From Chiloscyllium plagiosum (taxonomy: Eukaryota), in assembly GCF_004010195.1 (NCBI RefSeq), contig NC_057749.1, forward strand, positions 16,370,524 to 16,434,523: DNA of 64,000 nt, in the 5' to 3' direction. Shown here piece by piece: positions 1 through 12,467 of the stretch; within the stretch, counting starts at the first letter, position 1, and every line of letters starts with the position of its first letter. Below the pieces are notes generated by a model. It made no database searches and was not told the DNA's origin. It saw nothing but the letters and a program-made list of their open reading frames with translations. Both the position numbers and the translations under genes were made by a program.

Positions 1-894
1 ACAAGACACAAACACAAGCTAGAAGAACCTTATGCTAAACCTCGGCTATCCATATATATCCTGGTTATATGTACACACCTAGGCTTTAATCATGTTTTCT
101 TGTCTGATTGCCTCACCATGAGAGTGCTAACTCAGACTGATATACAGTTCAAGATATACTTGCTGAGACAGAAGGACTGCGCATGAGGAGAATCGAGACC
201 ATTGGGATAGAGCAGGAAAGTAAGGTTGGTGCAGAAAATCAGCTGTGATTTTTATTGAATGGTGGAAGAAGCTTGAGGGGCTGCTTTCATTCCTATTTAA
301 TATGGTCTTGTGACTCACCACTAATTTGTCCAAGTCACTGTAACAGTGAGAATCACATTTATTTAAGCACCGAAGGGGTCAAGGTACATCCAATTATATG
401 GTCTGATAATATGTGAGACACAGGAATTGTGACGAATTCGATACATTTTTCAAACACCTGCACAGGCATAATGAGACAAATGGCCTTCTTCTGTCCTGTA
501 AGGTTCTATTCCATATTAAAATGTACAGATAGCTGCTCAAACAGGAAATTCAGCACCAGGCAGTGTAGGGAGCTGATACGGTTTTTGCTGGTCAGTCTCC
601 TGTCTGAGCCTTGGTTGTTCCAGTCTGCAGCTGCACCCATTTTCAGCTTACAATCATAAAAACATTACAGCACAGTAGGCCATTTAGTCCATCTAAACCT
701 GATGTTTCTCTGAAAAATTAACTTTGCTACACAAAAGGGGTAGGAGTGGACAATATAGCCGCTCGAGTCTGTTCCATCATTCAAAAAGATCATTTCTGAT
801 TGTCTACATTAACCCCACCTTCCAGACTTCTCTCATTAACTCTAAGTTTCCTTTGTGCCCAAACTATCCATTCCAACAGGAACATATTGAATTA

Positions 895-3700
895 TATATT
901 CTTACACTTTTACGGTCATGGTCCATTTGAAACATTGAGAATCCTTGGGTAGATTCATGCCACCAATCCTTCTTATTGGTATTGCTCTGAGCTACTGACA
1001 CAATTTGAGAAATCATACCCATAAGGAGATTTGGCAGAAGGTAGGCCCAATATTGAAAATAGTAATGATAGCGAGTTACATTACAGCTAAAATACATGAT
1101 GGTCTATTGTGAGATATCACACTCAACTCAAAAACAAATACATAATATAGTTAGCATATTGCAACACTTGGACACACATTAGTAACTCATTAGAAAACTG
1201 GTTAGTTCCTCCTAGGAAGTCTTTTATTTTCTTAAGAGCAGAGTTTATCTCATGATATCGATTCACCCTTTCAGGTACTAACTGTCTAATACTATATCTT
1301 CCCCAAGCTCTTTTTTTGCTTCATAAAATTCTTTATGCGACTGTTTCAAATAAGTAGGTTTACCACTACCACATCTCCTCCCTAAATTTGTGACTTTATA
1401 AATGGCTGGTGACTTGTTTGGTTTGAAAGTCTGCTGTTTGATGATGAATAATTCATAGAAATACTAATGAGTTGCTCAATTAAAACCTTTGCAGACGACA
1501 TCCTCTGGTACTGATGCCACTGTGGAAGGTTTTCATTTCTTTGGAGGATCTTTAGTTTGAGTCATGCCAGAGAAGACAGTTGTGATTGTGAAAGCAGTAA
1601 TCTTCTCCATTTGACATAAAAATGTGCTCTCGCCATTGTTTATTTTATTCTTGTACTTATGGTTTTGGCTAACAATGTTATTTTACCAGATTCAATCAAA
1701 GAGAGTAGAAATGACTGTGTTGCTTTGGTACTGGTTCTTCAAAACAGATTGGCTAAATGAAGATCTACAACAAACTTTGGCAAGTGTGGTGTCAGGGATA
1801 TCCAACATTACATTGTGAAGATTTATTCCATGGTTGGAAGATGACTGGATAATTCCTCCAAACCTGAGCAGTCAATAACATCTTCTGATCTCTCAATCAT
1901 GAAGAGTTGTCCTACATCAAAGTAATTAATCTCAAGACGTGCCTACTTTATCTTGGGATTGGTGAACATTCTCCTGAGCCCTATGAAGTACTCCTCCTGT
2001 TGAGCGGAGTTATGTTGATCACTGGTATTTAGTTTCTGAGCTAGTTGAGGTTTCAAGAAAGCATTACTGCTTAGAAGTGAGAAGTGCTGTTTTCTAATAC
2101 TGGTTTCGGTATTTTCAGAGCACTCTCAGCACTCCTTTGATTTTAAGCACTGCTCTGTCTGCATTTTACAGTTCTCTGTCAGTTGGTTATAATTTAATTC
2201 TCTTCAACCAAAGGATTTTTTTTCAGATAATACAGTAATATTTGCTCTTATGTTCAGATGAAATTTGTTGGATGACCATTAACCAAATTATTTCTATTAT
2301 AGCTGGTTCAAATGAATCACTTATCATTCCCAGGAAAGGTTGAATGATATTTTCCAAAGATGGAATATCATAATATGTTTTCTGATGAAGAAATTTCTTA
2401 GTTTGCTGGGTTTTCTTCCAAAGATACTTGTTGTAAAAGGAGTTAAACACCTGTAAAAGAGCATTTAATTTTTTTTTTTAACTTTTGCACATTCTCTGGA
2501 AATGTCCCATTTCTTACAAAAGTTGCAATAGCATGTTAAAGCGGGATATTGTTTCTGCTTATGTAGTTTATTTTTAGATCTCCCACCTGGAACAATAACC
2601 AAGCATCAAAGGATTCAAAGATGTTTTATATTGGACCACTTCCTTTTGGCTGTATTCTTCTATTAAATCTTTCCATCTCCATCATACATTGGGTACTGAT
2701 GTAAATTAATTTTTAAATGTTGTTACAATATTACCAAAGTTACCTTCTCTTACATTCTATCATTTTAAGGCAAAATGCTACTGAACCTACAGAATGATCA
2801 AATGTGTTCACTTGTTAAAATGTTAAGATCATTAAAAGCTTTCAAATGGAGGAATACTTTTTTTTAAAAGTATCTTGGCCCAGAATATTTTTCTCAAATG
2901 TAAGAATGTTCATCATTCCTCTAAATTGCTTTGGGTGCTTGATATCAACGACCGAATCACAGGTTTAATATTCAGATCTTCTCCCTTGTAGTTCATAAAT
3001 GGCTCTCTGTAGTTTACATAAGCTTTTCCAGTTGGAGTCGTTATTTCTGGCTATTTTGATCTTCTGTCAGCAGATTTAATAGTGCTATCAGTGCTGCTGT
3101 TTTAAAAAACTGCTGGCTGCTACATTCACAGAAACTGATGGGCCCTACGTGGTTTGGAACTGCTAAATATTTAATGACACCCTTACAGTTTTCTGACTGG
3201 ATTTTATTCTTCTTTCATCTCCTCAGATGGCTTTTTTGGAACTGAAGATTTCCTCAGGCCAGCATTATCTGACAAAAACTGCACCGCTGTTCACCATCAT
3301 GTATTGTCACAAATGTGTCCTCCTGAACCATCTGAAATACTTTGTGTCAATTCACTGTTACCAAACTTTCTTAGTCTAAGTTACTGATACTGTGTAGGGA
3401 GAGTGCCCACACACAGTTTTCAGCAGAAATTAGGCTCCAATCTTAATAAACAGCAAAAAATGTATTTCTTGGCACTTAATGGCTAGTTACATTGCATCTA
3501 AGAAACATAATGGTGCCTTATGAGACACCACATTCAGCTTAAGAATAAATACATATTAAGCCAGTTACTGTAACCTACATTAGCAACACTTGACCATACA
3601 TTAGCAATCCATTAGAAAACTGGCTAGTTTGACACAGGAACAGTCCTTTATACTTTGACTGGCAGAACTTATCTCATGATGTCTACTCACCATTGACTGC
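895..3700 (-). mobile_element. Old, internally deleted LTR retrotransposon relic (Ty3/Gypsy-like)
   Basis: Diverged direct repeats at ~895-1373 and ~3299-3700 (e.g. cattagaaaactggttagtt vs cattagaaaactggctagtt; ttatctcatgat in both). On the minus strand a polypurine tract AGGGAGGAGA (1383-1374) is directly followed by TG, a PBS-like TGGTGAACAGCGGT lies at 3296-3283, and a frameshifted CX2CX4HX4C knuckle (CNFCKK-GHFQRMC) lies at 2527-2487. Confidence 0.65.
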
Positions 3701-4204
3701 CTTGTATAAGACAGGACCCTCATGTTGAAGGAAACCAGTCAAACGAAAGCAAGCATTGCTAACATGTTTAAGCATAGCTAGGATATATACAAGTGGTTGT
3801 AGTTTTATTTGGTAATCCTGCCAATATTTTCTCTTCAGATGCTTATCTAACTTACTCTTCCAAGTCATGATTAAATCTGCCTTCACCTCACACTTGGGCA
3901 TGTATTCCAGATCTCACTGTGCAAAGAGGTTTTTCCTTATATTGCCTTTGGTTCTTCAATATTTATTAGGGGTTTACAAGATCATGAGGGAGCTGGACAG
4001 AGCAGTTGGAGAAACTGTTCCTACCCATACAATGATCATGAAACAGTCATGACAGATTCAAAGTGATTTGCAAAAACCTTTTCACACAATGAATGATTGA
4101 AGTCTGCCATGCATTTCCTGATAATGTGGTAGTGGCAGGTGTAATCGAGGTATTATTTAAATAGAAATAATGTGCAGGGAACTGGGAAAAGGCATGGAAA
4201 AAAA

Positions 4205-4345
4205 CTGTTCTGAGGAAGTGTCACCGGACCAGAAATGTTAATTCTGATTTCTCTTCACAGATGCTGCCAGATCTGCTGAACTTTTCTAGCAACTTCTGTT
4301 TATGTTTCTGATGTACACCATCCAGTTCTTTCAGTTTTTAGTTAG
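4205..4345 (+). mobile_element. Penelope-like (Neptune-type) 3' terminus with degenerate minimal hammerhead motif
   Basis: CTGAGGA-A-GTGTC-ACCG-GACCA-GAAA-TGTT at 4210-4239, followed by the cagatgctgccagatctgctg...ttctgttt segment shared with 31850-31934. Confidence 0.6.
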
Positions 4346-5129
4346 CAACAGCACATTGATTAATGTCAGAGAAAAATTCAGATATATCCACAGGAGTTAT
4401 TTTTATTATCCACTATGAGTTTGACAGAAGATCTGTGGGAACATACACCATCCCACCCACATTGAGGAGTGTTTCTGAAATTACAACGGGTGATCGGGAC
4501 AATTTCTGCAGAGATTTAGCCCATGTCTCTCCAATACAAACTGTCCATTCAGAAAATCAATCCAATTTAGGTTGACCATGAAGGGAAAAGCTAATTCATC
4601 AGAATAAGCACTTCTTAAACAAATAAGTATTTTTTTCTGAAGTATGCTTATACGTGTAGTGCATATAGCAAAATCCCACAAAGAGCAATTGAGATAAATC
4701 ACCAGATAGTCTGTCTTGATTAACTTTAATGTTAAAAGACAGACCAAATTTATTTTTAGTTCATGTTCTTCTGCAGCACTTCCTCCAACGTTTCTTAGAA
4801 TGTGTTGCATCTTGCAGGAATATAGTTCCATAGACACTGGTTGCCCTGCAAATTCTCTCCAAAGTGAGCATTGCAACCATATGAAACTAGACAGTGTGTT
4901 GACCAGACTGAACATCACAGCCAAGTTCAACTCACCTCAAGGTCGCATACTTTGCATAGTGATGTGGATAAAATTAGCCTTGGTTTGGCTTTTGGTTTTA
5001 AGCTAACCAACAGGTGCGACAAGGGGCCTGCAACATTGCCCCTACCATAAGCAAACGCAACATAGATTGGGGATTGCAATTTGGTCTAGCTGAGTATCAT
5101 GCTGGCTCTAGTGCATCAAACCTCAAGAG

Positions 5130-5720
5130 AGCAATGGTTATAAATAGACACAAAATTATTAAGGGCATAGATAGGGTTGACTGGAGGAAACAATGACCAT
5201 GGGCATAGATTTAAGGTAAAGAGCAGGAGATTTCAAGGGACTGTGAAGAAAAATGTTTTCACCCAGCAGAGGGTGGTGGGAATCTGGAACTCACTATCTG
5301 TAAAGGTAGTGGTGGAGCCAGGTATTCTTATAAATTAGAGAATTATTTAGATGTCCACTTGCCATGCCAAGGCATACAAGGCTATGGTCAAGTGCTGGAA
5401 AATAGGGTTAGAATAGTTAGGTGTTTGTTTTTCATGCACTGGCTCAAAAGAGATGCTCTAACCTTTAAAACTGAGATGCAAAGTAATTTATTTTGTCAGA
5501 GGATAGTGAATATCTGGAATTCTGTACCCCAGAGATGTGAAGGGTAGATCACTGAAAGTAAAGGAAAGAGCTGGGTAGACAGAATTTTGAGATAAGTGCT
5601 ATGAGGAGGTGGAATGAAAGATGAGTTAAGACTTGGGAACAAACAGCTAGAACCTTATGGAATGGCACAGCTGGAGAGGGTTGAATGTCTTACTCCTGCT
5701 CTCAATTCTTATATTCTAAT
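5130..5720 (+). mobile_element. Decayed CR1 LINE 3' fragments
   Basis: Typical CR1 ORF2 end (aagggcatagatagggt, ttcacccagcagagggtggtgggaatctggaactcact) and 3' tail ttgaatgtcttactcctgctc. Confidence 0.6.
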
Positions 5721-7048
5721 GTACTTATGTTCTCTGTGATTCCCGAGGCAGACAGTTTAAATGTTTTGTGTGCCTATAATCTAGATTTAATTGAGTTATG
5801 CAGTATAGAAAGAGGCCATTCTGTCTGTTAGCGTGCCAGCCCTTTGAAAGAGCTAGCCAAATAACTGCATAGTTAATATGACAAGTAATTAAGATTAGAA
5901 GTGAAACTGACAATGACTAGATCTACAAAGCTTTTAGGAGAATTTATGTGGTGCAGTAGTAATGTCCCTACCTCCAGACTACAAGGTTCAAATCCCAACT
6001 CCTCCAGAGAAGTGTAATAACTGGTCAGAAAAGGCCGATTAAAAAATACCTATAAAACTCTTCGAAAGATCTTATGGCAAGGTGGTAGTACCTGTACCAC
6101 TTGGCTAGGAGGCCCAGGGTCAAGTTCCACCTGTTTCAAGAGTGAGTTTTAACAGGTTGATAAAAATATCTATACAAAGAGAAAAGAGTGTTTTGTGGAG
6201 CAATGATAACACGTCACAACATGCCTGAACAGTTGGCTTAAAAATCAGTCCATACTTTGTAAAGAATCTTTTCTTGAATGTTTGTCCTGAAAAAAGTAGT
6301 CTACAGTAGCTGATCTCATTAAGCATGAGAAGGAGATATTGTGTTTCTTTCAGAGTGTGAAGCTGATTAGGAGTATTGTTTTGTGTAAAAGTTTGTGGGT
6401 GGTTTTGTGCCATAGTGACTGTGTACTTAGAAGGCACAGAGGATCAACTAGGTCTCGAGGTAGGTTATATCATTTGTGAATAGATTGGTTAAAAATAATG
6501 ATGAATGGGTGAACAGGGTCTTGTGGTTTAGGGATTATGTTCCACCTCAAGATGGTGATGCCATGGAAGTGTGTCATAACATGTCCAAACAGATAGTTAA
6601 AATTAATTAAAGAGGGGGAAGCAGCTGTGACTTGGTGTGAGAGAGCTGGTAGATTGCTATAGGGACAAAGGGCTTTCTTCTGTGCTTTAGTCAATCTTAG
6701 TTTCGATGTGAACATCCTGGTTTGACTGCATAGAACATACTTCCCACTCGTTACCCAACCTCTTTTGACTATTCTTTTGCTTCCCCTTTTATCTGGCAGG
6801 TATATTAAGGTTACTGCTCTGTCACTCCTCTGGTTTGAGTTTCACGACAGTCAGATTGCTAAAATATAGGAATCTTGTGTGATATAGTACAAAAAGTGTT
6901 TAAGAGCAAAATGTTTAGGGACACTGGGTAGTGATGTGGGGCATGCATTTAAAGTAACAGGATAAAAATTTGTTGTCCAACATAAAATCAGTCTTCATGT
7001 TGTTCACAGTTAGGACCAAAGAAGAAGAACATGGGCATCTTCATCTTA

Positions 7049-7195
7049 GAACATAGAAAAAGTACAGCACAGAACAGGTCCATAGCCCACGATATTGTGC
7101 CAAGATTTAATCCTAATGTAAAATATAGTAACTTAACCTACGCACCCTTCAACTCACTGCTGTCCACGTGCATGTCCAGCAGTCGCTTAAGTGAC
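7049..7195 (-). mobile_element. Short CR1 3' end, same subfamily as 35598-38270
   Basis: tagaacatagaaaagtacagcacagaacagg...agcccacgatattgtgcc matches 35598-35660. Confidence 0.65.
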
Positions 7196-7410
7196 CCCAT
7201 TTGTCTTGAAGGACAAACAAAAGTTGGTAGAAGCCCACAGCAGAAAACTGTCCCCAATTTGTTGTACTGTACTGTGCTGTACTAAGTCATAAATAATTTT
7301 CAGAGAGGTCAGTGGCTGTCCAACATGGGGAACGCAATTTAAGATTGTGGTTCAGTCACAAATCAGTTGAGGAAGCTTTCTTCTGTATTTCAATAATGTC
7401 ACATTTAATG

Positions 7411-7685
7411 GATGTAGGTTCATTTCCAGACATTTCATCATCCTACTAGGTAATATCTTCAGCAGGCCTCAGGCAAAGCACTGCTGAAAATTCCTGCTTT
7501 CTATTTATATATTTGGATTGCTATAAATAGAAAGCAGGAATTTTCAGTAGTGCTTTACCTGGAGGCCCACAGAAGATGTTAGCTAGTAGGATGACGAAAC
7601 ATCTGGAAATGAACCTTCCAGCTCAGCAAGCAAACCTACATCCAAAACCTCAACCTGAGCTACAAATCTTCTCAGAACTCGCTGC
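7411..7685. mobile_element. Fold-back mini-element made of two inverted Penelope (Poseidon-type) termini, each with a hammerhead motif
   Basis: Inverted arms 7411-7509 and 7522-7642 around a 12-nt loop; flanking direct repeat cacatttaatg at 7400-7410 and 7686-7696; sequence matches the PLE ends at 20017-20150 and 46900-46975. Confidence 0.8.
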
Positions 7686-8139
7686 CACATTTAATGTAGG
7701 AGTGCTTGCTGCTGACATCAGTGTGCCTAAAATGAATATTATTCAATTTCCCTGCACTCATTCAAAATTTGCCCAAAATTCACGACAAATAAAATCTTTG
7801 CAGAAGAAACCTGCTAGAACATGCTTAACAGTTTACAATTTTTCCAGAGGAATATAACTTATACATAAACGCAGGAATGGAAGTGAGAACAAAATCATTC
7901 TATGTAAAATAAATGAATATTTAATTAAATCACGGGAAGGAATGTGTCAGAGGGTGGGGTTAGTAATGTTTGACATCCTCCTCTTTTCTCTAAAATAATT
8001 AATCTGGATGGTCAATGCCAAATTACATTGCTCACGTATGAGAGCTGTACAGATGATGATGATCTGGAACCAGCACAAACTATTCTAGGGCAGTGATAGA
8101 GCTCTAAGCTTCTGACCTATGCAATATTTCTGATATTGC

Positions 8140-8550
8140 TCAGTAGTGGTTAACTGGATATCATTATTGCCTAATAATTCAAAGGCTGCAGATTCAAACC
8201 CCAGTCCATGACGGCGAACTCAACTTAGACTGACAGTGTTGCAGTGCTGGAGATGAGCAAGAAGCATTAAACCGAGGCATTTGCCTGCTTCCTCAGATAG
8301 GCATGAAAGTTCTCAGACCATTTTTTGAATCTGAACAACGGAGTTCTTCTTTGGATACTTATTCATTAAACAAAAATAAACATTTTTTAAAAATCACATC
8401 AAAATGTTAATTTATCTCATTGCTGTTTGTGGGAGCTTGTTGTACATAAATTAACTCCTGCAATTCCTACTTTACAACAATGACTACACTTTGAAAGCAC
8501 TTCAATAGTTTTAAAGATCTTCGGAATTTGAAAGATGCTATACAAATGCA
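8140..8550 (+). mobile_element. DeuSINE (SacSINE1/AmnSINE1-like) copy
   Basis: tRNA-like head remnant, Deu-domain-like cattgctgtttgtgggagcttgttgtacataaatt...acttcaa and tail gatgctatacaaatgcaag. Confidence 0.55.
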
Positions 8551-8847
8551 AGTTGATTGGTTCTTCCTTGATCCAGTGGCAGAAGGTGTGCCGGAAATCA
8601 CATTGGGTGAGGGCAGGATCAGCTTGATCTCTGACTCACTCACAACTTAGGGAGGGATCATTTTAATTCAACTTGTTATGCAGAAATCCCTCAGAAGGTT
8701 TAAAACGCTACCCAATATCCATCTCCACTGGTTTTTGACAGGGAGCAGATTAAACCGGGCATAAAGCCAGTGGTGCGCCCAATTCATCGGGAATTAGGTT
8801 AAGATTGCATGCTCTGTTGTCTAGCTTCACAGATAGAATGCAGACAG

Positions 8848-8964
8848 TCAGCACCCCTTATGTATATTATTACAAACATCAAACAAGTCATTTTCAAATT
8901 TTATGCTCCCAGTGGGCAGCTTCATCTGCTGGAAACGCAGTCCCACGCACTTCACCACGCGCCC
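8848..8964 (-). CDS. Possible further TTLL13 exon (GRVVKCVGLRFQQMKLPTGSIKFENDLFD...)
   Basis: cag acceptor at 8967-8965 after a 98-nt intron keeps phase 0 and is open to a TGA at 8848. Weak pyrimidine tract, and I recognise no homology. Confidence 0.3.
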   Translation of the reverse strand, partial: GRVVKCVGLRFQQMKLPTGSIKFENDLFDVCNNIHKGC

Positions 8965-9062
8965 CTGAATTTCCAATCCCAAATTCCTGGTGGGCAAGGC
9001 TCTCCCACAAGAGTGCAAAGTTGAAGGATAACCAATTAACTCTTTCACACTGTGCAACTCAC

Positions 9063-9257
9063 TTTATTCTGGCTAGGAGCACATGGAGGAGCAGTTTGAA
9101 CACTGCAGTTAACACCTGGAGTGTTTTGCAATATGCGGTAAACTTGCTCGATAACACCCAGAGCTCGGAGGAGGTTCTCCCGCTGCAGTAGCCCACTGAG
9201 TCGCTGCAGCTCCTCCTCTTCAATAATATCCAACGGTTTCATGATGTCTATGGTATC
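9063..9257 (-). CDS. TTLL13: TTLL13-like exon 15 (DTIDIMKPLDIIEEEELQRLSGLLQRENLLRALGVIEQVYRIL...)
   Basis: ttttacag acceptor, AAA|gtgagt donor, 195 nt phase 0-0; resembles the DTMRPQEIVEEEELERMKALLQRETLIRSLGIVEQ segment I recall in TTLL13 but not TTLL6. Confidence 0.9.
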
Positions 9258-10446
9258 CTGTAAAACGTGCAACAACAACAACAAAGAAAACTATTAGAAA
9301 AGGCCAAATGGACAACAAAGTTCTGGAATTTATGTGGAGAAAAGTTTTTAATAACCGCCAGACTTACAGCTGTTAATGGGTGGTCAGACAGTGAATGGCA
9401 TTCAGGTGCTAATTTCAGTCACTGACCTTGCCCTCTGGGGATTTAGGTCCAGCAGTGCAATCCGTTTCACTATCACAGAGAGGGAAAGCCAGCCCGCATC
9501 CTCATTTTTAATCAGCATTCATTAATTCCTGCCAGAAAGTTTCTGCATAGACATTAAGTGAAGACCAAGCTTGAAAAGGCCTTCAACACTCACGTTAAGA
9601 ACAGCCAGAATGTATATCTCAAAAGGTCCACTAACAGTATGGAGCTGTACCCCAACTTCAAAAAGCAAGCAACTATAAGAGAAAGGAGATTGAGCCCAAA
9701 TCCTGCAACATTTACACACCTTTAGGACAACTAACATCTCAAGGTATGCTGAGTGGAAGTGTTGACCAAAACATGATCAAAGAGATAGCTTGAGGACTCA
9801 TTTATAGGTAGGGGAGAAAGTAGCAAAAGTCATTTAGAAATATAGGAAGAAATGAATATAGAGAGCCACCATTTAAAAATCAAAGGATGGCCAGTTAAGG
9901 AGGTAGTAGAATTAAGTATGAGCATGGAGGAATTTTTTTTAAAAGGAGAGAGAGATTTTGATTCCATTGTGTTAGGTTGATTGGCAAGCTAGATTTACTG
10001 AATCAAGGATAGAAGCATTGGTGATAAGAGTTCTGGAAGAATTCGAGCCAAAGTTTTGACACGAAGTAGGGTGAAAGTAGCGACGATCATCTCTTGCCTA
10101 AGCATGGATTACCTGAAGCAACTGTCTGAATGTAATTCCTTTGACATTCTTAGCTTCTGACTAAAGCAAATTTTATAGCATAGTTTTAAAGAGGATTGAT
10201 CACAGATCACATGCTCATGTGAAGGATAAACATTACAGAAATTAGTTGAACAGATTGGATGATTTCTGTGTTGTAATTGTGAGGTATTTCCAAAATCTCT
10301 GGTCAAATATCAGCATCAGTTGAAACTGTTATCAAATAAAATGTGAAAATATGTTTTACACTTATTTATTTCCCCAACTTTTTTCTTTTAACCATGCCAA
10401 TACTAAACCATACAGCCCTCTAATACATCTTACATAAAACAAAAAG

Positions 10447-11800
10447 CAAGACAAATTCAACCCAGCCAATTACCACTCAATCAGTCTACTCTCTCCATCA
10501 TCAGTAAAGTGGTGGAAGGGGTCATTAACAATGCTATCAAGCAGCACCTGCTCAGCAACAACCTGCTCAGTGATACCCAGTTTGGGTTTTGCCAGGGTCA
10601 CTCAGCTCCTGACCTCATTACAGCCTCGGTTCTAACATGGACAAAGGAGCTGAACTCCAGAGGGGAGGGAAGAGTGACAGCCCTTGACATCAAGACCACG
10701 TTTGACCGGCATCAAGGAGTCCTGGCAAAACTGGAATCAATGGGTATCAGAGGCAAACACTCCGCTGGTTACAGCCATACCTGGCATAAAGTAAGATGGT
10801 TGTGGTTGTGGAGGGTCAGTCATCTCAGCTCCAGGACATCTCTGCAGGAGTTCACCAGGGTAGTGTCCTAGCCCCAACAATCTTCAACTGCGTCATAAGG
10901 TCAGAAGTGGGGATGTTCACCAATGATTGCACAGTGTTCAGCATCAATCGCGACTCCTCAGATACTGAAGCAGACCATGCTCAAATGCAAGATCTATACA
11001 ATATCCAGGCTTGGGCTGACAAGTGGCAAGTAACATTCATGCCACACAAATGCCAGACAATAACAATCACCAATAAGAGACACTCTAACCACTGCCCCTT
11101 GATATTCAACAGTATTACCATCTCTGAATCACCCACTATTAACATCCTCAGGGTTACCATTGACCAGAAACTCAACTGGACTCACCACATAAACACAGTG
11201 GCTACAAGAGCAAGTCAGAGACTAGGGATACTGCAGCGAGTAACTCATCCCTTGATACCCAAAGTCTATCCACCATCTACAAGACACAAGTCAGGAGTGT
11301 GATGGAGAACTCCCCACTTGCCTGGATGGGTGCAGCTCCAACAACAATCAAAAAGCTTTGACACCATCCAGGACAAAGTGACCCACTTGATTGGCACATC
11401 TACAAACATTCAATTCCTCCACCACCAGTGCTCAGCAGCAGCAGAACTTACCATCTACAAGATGCACTACAGAAATTCACCAAAGACTCTGAGACAGCAC
11501 CTTCCAAACCCACAATCACTTCCATTTAGAAGGACAAGGGCAGCAGATTCCTGAGAACACCACTGCCTGCAAGTTCCCCTCCAAGCCACTCACCTTCTGA
11601 CTTGGAAATATACCGCATTCCTTCACAGTCGTTGAGTCAAAATCCTGGAATTCCCTCCCTACTGGCATTGTGGGTCAACCCACAGCAAGTGGACTGCAGT
11701 GATTCAAGAAGGCAGTTCACCACCACCTTCTCAAGAGCAAATAGGGATAGACTATCAATGCTGGCCCAGCTAGCAACACCCAAGTCCCACAAATGGACAA
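10447..11800 (+). mobile_element. 5'-truncated non-LTR retrotransposon (CR1/L2 group, Crack/Daphne-like), RT pseudogene
   Basis: Frameshifted RT motifs QFGFCQGHS, ALDIKTTFD, GVHQGSVLAP, FTNDCT, and RLGIL in ORFs 10509-11554. The same 3' end recurs at 33810-34110 and 45660-45850. Confidence 0.85.
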
Positions 11801-12148
11801 TTTTTAAAATGCATATATTCTTCAGGTAGGAGGTTGCTGACAGGATAATCTTTTACAGCAGGATCAATGCAAAATACTATCTCAACCAGAAAGGAGAATA
11901 ACTTTCTTCTCCCTAGTCTGGGACTACCAAAACCCACCACCTTCTCAAGAGCAAATAGGGATAGGCTATCAATGCTAGCCCAGCTAGCAACACCCAAGTC
12001 CCACAAATGGACAATTTTTAAAATGCATATATTCTTCAGGTATGAGGTTGCTGACAGGATAATCTTTTACAGCAGGATCAATGCAAAATACTATCTCAAC
12101 CAGAAAGGAGAATAACTTTCTTCTCCCTAGTCTGGGACTACCAAAACC
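11721..12148. repeat. Recent 214-bp tandem duplication (11721-11934 and 11935-12148)
   Basis: Two copies differing at 3 positions I could see; the unit spans the LINE 3' end and its flank. Confidence 0.95.
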
Positions 12149-12446
12149 ATCTCCATCTCCCTTATTGTCATGCAGCTGAGCTCACCTAAGTCAGCTCAGA
12201 CAAGCGGCAGAACTAGAGAACCTCCTTACCTATCTTGCTCAGTATCAATTTGACATTCACTTTTGCTAACTGAGTAATAGAGTCGTCTAACTCTATTTAA
12301 AAAAAAATCAAGTGACAGGAAAATCATCACATTTAGAATTTTGTGTGATTAAGAGATACATTACTTCAGCAGCAAGTTGGTGCAGCAATTGGGAATATTC
12401 AAATAAATGCAGGATGAGCAAGTCTGATGCCCATTTGCATGCTCAC

Positions 12447-12467
12447 CTTTTCTTTGAATAATCTCTG
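12447..12467 (-). CDS. TTLL13: TTLL13-like microexon 14, (Q)RLFKEK, 21 or 18 nt
   Basis: Long pyrimidine tract, tandem acceptor aag|CAG|AGA, strong donor AAG|gtgagc; phase 0-0 matches both neighbouring exons. Confidence 0.65.

Noticed and set aside
505-648. Open minus-strand stretch (LKMGAAADWNNQGSDRR...) as a possible late TTLL13 exon
   Set aside because: Poor acceptor and no homology evidence.
4481-4950. 149-aa minus-strand ORF and a GAG|gtgagt donor near 4934 as possible TTLL13 3' exons
   Set aside because: No recognisable homology, and I could not build a consistent acceptor and phase; left unresolved.
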